A DNA stretch of 64,000 nt, from positions 21,747-85,746 of the forward strand of contig JADGRC010000193.1 of NCBI GenBank assembly GCA_017881245.1, read 5' to 3'. Position 1 is the first letter of the stretch. Every line of letters begins with the position of its first letter. A program made the position numbers and the translations under genes. The notes beneath the pieces are model-generated. The model searched no databases and was not told where the DNA came from. It was given only the letters and a program-made list of their open reading frames with translations. This document shows, in pieces, positions 61,559 to 64,000 of the stretch. The DNA is from Pseudomonadota bacterium (GTDB taxonomy: Bacteria; Myxococcota_A; Polyangia; Fen-1088).

Positions 61559-64000
61559 ATGCGAATCGGCGGCACGATCGCCGTTCTTCTGGCGCTGCTG
61601 GGCGCTTCATCATGCGGCTCGGGCGGATCTGTCGGTCCTCCCGTGCTCGACGGAATGGACGCACCTCAAGTCGAGGGGATGAAAGACAGCGCGTCCTTCG
61701 ATGCGGGCGGCATCGATTCGCAGGCCGGTGACGACAGCTCTGTCAGCTCCAGGGCGGATTCGACAACGACTGATTCGCCGCTGGAACATTCGGCTTCCGG
61801 AGACGCGGCGGGGACGGATTCTCCCATGGCGGATATCGCCCCTGTCGATTCGCCACTGATCGACGCCGTCAGGAATGATGCGGCCGGTCCCGACTCTGCG
61901 TCACCGGTCGACGCGACGACCGACGTGACAGCCGGGGACAACCCGCCGGACGATCTGCGCGTCGGTGACCGGACCCGACCTCTCAACGTTGAGGGGACCC
62001 CCTTGTTCTCTTGGTACCCGCACGCGTCCGGCGGGAATCAAGTGCAGACCGCTTACCAGATATTAGTGCGGCTCGAGAGCTCGGGCGCCATGATTTGGGA
62101 CAGCGGCAAGGTGGCATCGTCGGAGCAAGCCTATGTCGCGTATGGCGGACCAGCCCTGATGGCCGGGGAGAGCTACACGTGGACTGTCCGGACCTGGGAT
62201 CGCGGCGACGTCGCGTCGGGCTGGTCCGCGAGCGCGGGATTCGACGTCGCTTTGTCGAACAACGCGCAAGGATGGGGAGCGAGTTGGATCCGGCGAACAA
62301 CCACGGGCACGGACGCGGTGGATGACTACACCCTGGCCCGGGTAGAGAAAACGCTCGGCGCCAAGCCGATTCGTCGGGCACGGGCCTATGTATCGGCGAA
62401 TCACCAATTCGAGCTGCACGTCAACGGCGCGATCGTCGACCGCGGGCCCGCGTTCTCGTATCCAGGTGAGGGGTACTATCAGACGACCGATTTGACGGGA
62501 ATGATTCAGCCCGGCAGTCCCGTCGCGGTGGGGGTGCTCTATCACTGGTATGGGGCGGGCCAGGGGCGGCCAGCGGGGGAGCCCGGACTGCTGGTCCGCA
62601 TCGTCGTCGATCACGACGACGGTACCCGCGAACTGATCGTGAGCGATGGAACCTGGCGCGTGAGCCGAGCATCCGAATGGCAGACGGGGGCGCCGCAACG
62701 GAACAGCGATTCGTGTGACTACGTCGAATGGATCGACATGCGCCAGCATCCCGACGGCTGGGACACGCCGGGGTTCGCCGCTTCCGGTTGGGTGGCGCCC
62801 CAGGTGATCGGCCCGCATCCGAGCGGCGTATTTAAATCGCTGACGGGACAAGAGCCGCGCCTACGGACGACGGTCGTCACGCCTGTCGTGGTGAAGACGC
62901 TGACCGATGGCACGGTGGTCGCCGATTTCGGAAATGTCATACCCGCCCGGCCGACGGTTCGTTTCGCGTCCGGAGTTGCCGGGCGGACGTTGAATATCGT
63001 AGCGGGCTTCCATCTGACGGCTGATGGACATGTGTCGGCCGTGCCCATCACGGCCACGACGCCCGTCTCGACCAGCCAGGCTACGGACCTGTCGTTCAAG
63101 TTCATCGAGCGGGCGGGGGCGCAGGAGTTTCGTCCCATGACCTTCCTCGGCTGGCGCTATCTGCAAATTTCGGCTCCGGGCGAGGTGCTGGCACCCGCGG
63201 CGATCTCGGCGATCGTGGAGCATACGGATGTCGCCGCTGATCGCGCGGCTACCTTCGAGGGCTCGGACGCGACGTTGAACGCGGTCTTTGCCTTGGTTTC
63301 GCGCTCGGCGCTCTATGCGGCTCAGCAACAGTTCCTCGACACGCCGACGCGGGAAAAGGGCCAGTTTCTGATCGACGCCGTCAACGAGTCATTCGCGACC
63401 ATGATGGCTTGGCAGGAGCGCGACCTCACGCAAAAGGCGATCTCCGAGTTCCTGGCTTCGCAAGCGCGCCATTGGTCAGCGGAGGGACGATTGAACGCGG
63501 TCTATCCGAACGGCGACCTGGTGCTGAAGCGCGACATTCCTGATTTCACCGAGACGTTTGCCACCTGGGTCTGGCGTTACTACACGCAGACGGGTGACAA
63601 GACGCTCCTCGGTCGCGCCTACCCGGCCATGCAAAAGATCGGCGACTACATCTGGTCGTATCGGGACGCCACGACGGGCTTGATCACGAACTTGGCTGGA
63701 GGCAGCGACAAGTATCTGTACGGCATCATCGATTGGCCCGAGGTGGAGCGACGTGGGTACGACATGGCCACGACGGCACACACCACCATCAACATGCTGG
63801 CCGTGGAGGCCATTCGGGCGACGGCCGCGGCCGCGGGCGCGCTGTCTCGGCCCGCCGCCGAGATCGCCGCGCAGACGGCGCGTGGGGATCAATTGACGAC
63901 GTCGATTAACGCGTTGTTGCGGCGTACGGATGGCATCTACATCGACGGTTCGACCGGTAGCACCTTGAGCACGCACGCCTCTCAGCTCGCGAACTCGTAT
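61559..64000 (+). CDS. Alpha-L-rhamnosidase (GH78) lipoprotein; the 3' end runs off the right window edge
   Basis: Absent from the track (no stop in the window). Manual translation gives MRIGGTIAVLLALLGASSCGSGG (lipobox), an acidic linker, then PLFSWYPHASGGNQVQTAYQILV...IWDSGKVASSEQAYVAYGGPAL.AGESYTWTVRTWD, RAYVSANHQFELHVNG, GWRYLQISAPG, FEGSDATLNAVF, DTPTREKGQFLID and IIDWPE. All are typical GH78 motifs. An in-frame ATG at 61487 is an alternative start. Confidence 0.85.
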   Translation, partial: MRIGGTIAVLLALLGASSCGSGGSVGPPVLDGMDAPQVEGMKDSASFDAGGIDSQAGDDSSVSSRADSTTTDSPLEHSASGDAAGTDSPMADIAPVDSPLIDAVRNDAAGPDSASPVDATTDVTAGDNPPDDLRVGDRTRPLNVEGTPLFSWYPHASGGNQVQTAYQILVRLESSGAMIWDSGKVASSEQAYVAYGGPALMAGESYTWTVRTWDRGDVASGWSASAGFDVALSNNAQGWGASWIRRTTTGTDAVDDYTLARVEKTLGAKPIRRARAYVSANHQFELHVNGAIVDRGPAFSYPGEGYYQTTDLTGMIQPGSPVAVGVLYHWYGAGQGRPAGEPGLLVRIVVDHDDGTRELIVSDGTWRVSRASEWQTGAPQRNSDSCDYVEWIDMRQHPDGWDTPGFAASGWVAPQVIGPHPSGVFKSLTGQEPRLRTTVVTPVVVKTLTDGTVVADFGNVIPARPTVRFASGVAGRTLNIVAGFHLTADGHVSAVPITATTPVSTSQATDLSFKFIERAGAQEFRPMTFLGWRYLQISAPGEVLAPAAISAIVEHTDVAADRAATFEGSDATLNAVFALVSRSALYAAQQQFLDTPTREKGQFLIDAVNESFATMMAWQERDLTQKAISEFLASQARHWSAEGRLNAVYPNGDLVLKRDIPDFTETFATWVWRYYTQTGDKTLLGRAYPAMQKIGDYIWSYRDATTGLITNLAGGSDKYLYGIIDWPEVERRGYDMATTAHTTINMLAVEAIRATAAAAGALSRPAAEIAAQTARGDQLTTSINALLRRTDGIYIDGSTGSTLSTHASQLANSY

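Noticed and set aside
1-64000. Search for CRISPR arrays, IS elements, integrases, phage genes, toxin-antitoxin pairs or known defence-system hallmarks (reverse transcriptase, PglZ, large ATPase/nuclease combinations).
   Set aside because: None was found. There are no regularly spaced repeats, terminal inverted repeats or transposase/integrase-like ORFs. The only AlkP-fold protein is a secreted NPP-type lipoprotein, not PglZ-like.

Overview
This is a gene-dense, high-G+C chromosomal segment (roughly two-thirds G+C by eye, not computed). I found no rRNA, tRNA, CRISPR array, transposase, integrase or phage genes. Two proteins end in MYXO-CTERM-like tails, and many lipoproteins carry Gly/Ser/Thr-rich linkers, so I infer a Myxococcota origin.

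Left to right:

1. **1-13990:** a minus-strand operon of ten genes, most joined by ATGA/GTGA overlaps, plus a divergent GT-C-like gene. It combines an MBOAT, two AlgJ/AlgX-type O-acetyltransferase-like proteins and an ArnA-C-terminal-like decarboxylase. It also holds a second SDR, a GT2, a TolB-like propeller, a transglutaminase/TPR protein and secreted unknowns. I rank this as the best candidate for an undescribed envelope-glycan decoration system.
2. **14069-17719:** an ECF sigma factor, a putative anti-sigma factor, a putative outer-membrane protein and a DUF218 protein.
3. **17747-25000:** a PSD/PSCyt (DUF1592-type) plus HXXSHH (DUF1552-type) pair, a tandem alkaline-phosphatase-fold lipoprotein, an AT-rich island with an orphan small ORF, and a small PSCyt1-like protein.
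4. **25031-35299:** assorted genes, including a methyltransferase, a CoA-binding protein, a PilZ protein, a lipoprotein coupled to an Omp85-family protein, a Fis-type HTH protein, a LamG protein, a PHP hydrolase and a FlgM-like protein.
5. **35561-48323:** a 13-gene alternative complex III (actABCDEF), SCO and caa3 oxidase operon.
6. **48383-49264:** a secreted C2-like-domain lipoprotein.
7. **49520-53293:** a hydroxypyruvate/tartronate-semialdehyde/glycerate module.
8. **53290-60134:** a cluster of beta-propeller, di-haem peroxidase and LVIVD surface proteins.
9. **60604-64000:** an SDR, then a GH78 rhamnosidase that runs off the right edge. The rhamnosidase is preceded by GAAC-N4-GTTC palindromes.

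All family assignments come from motif and pattern recognition by eye. No database search was run.
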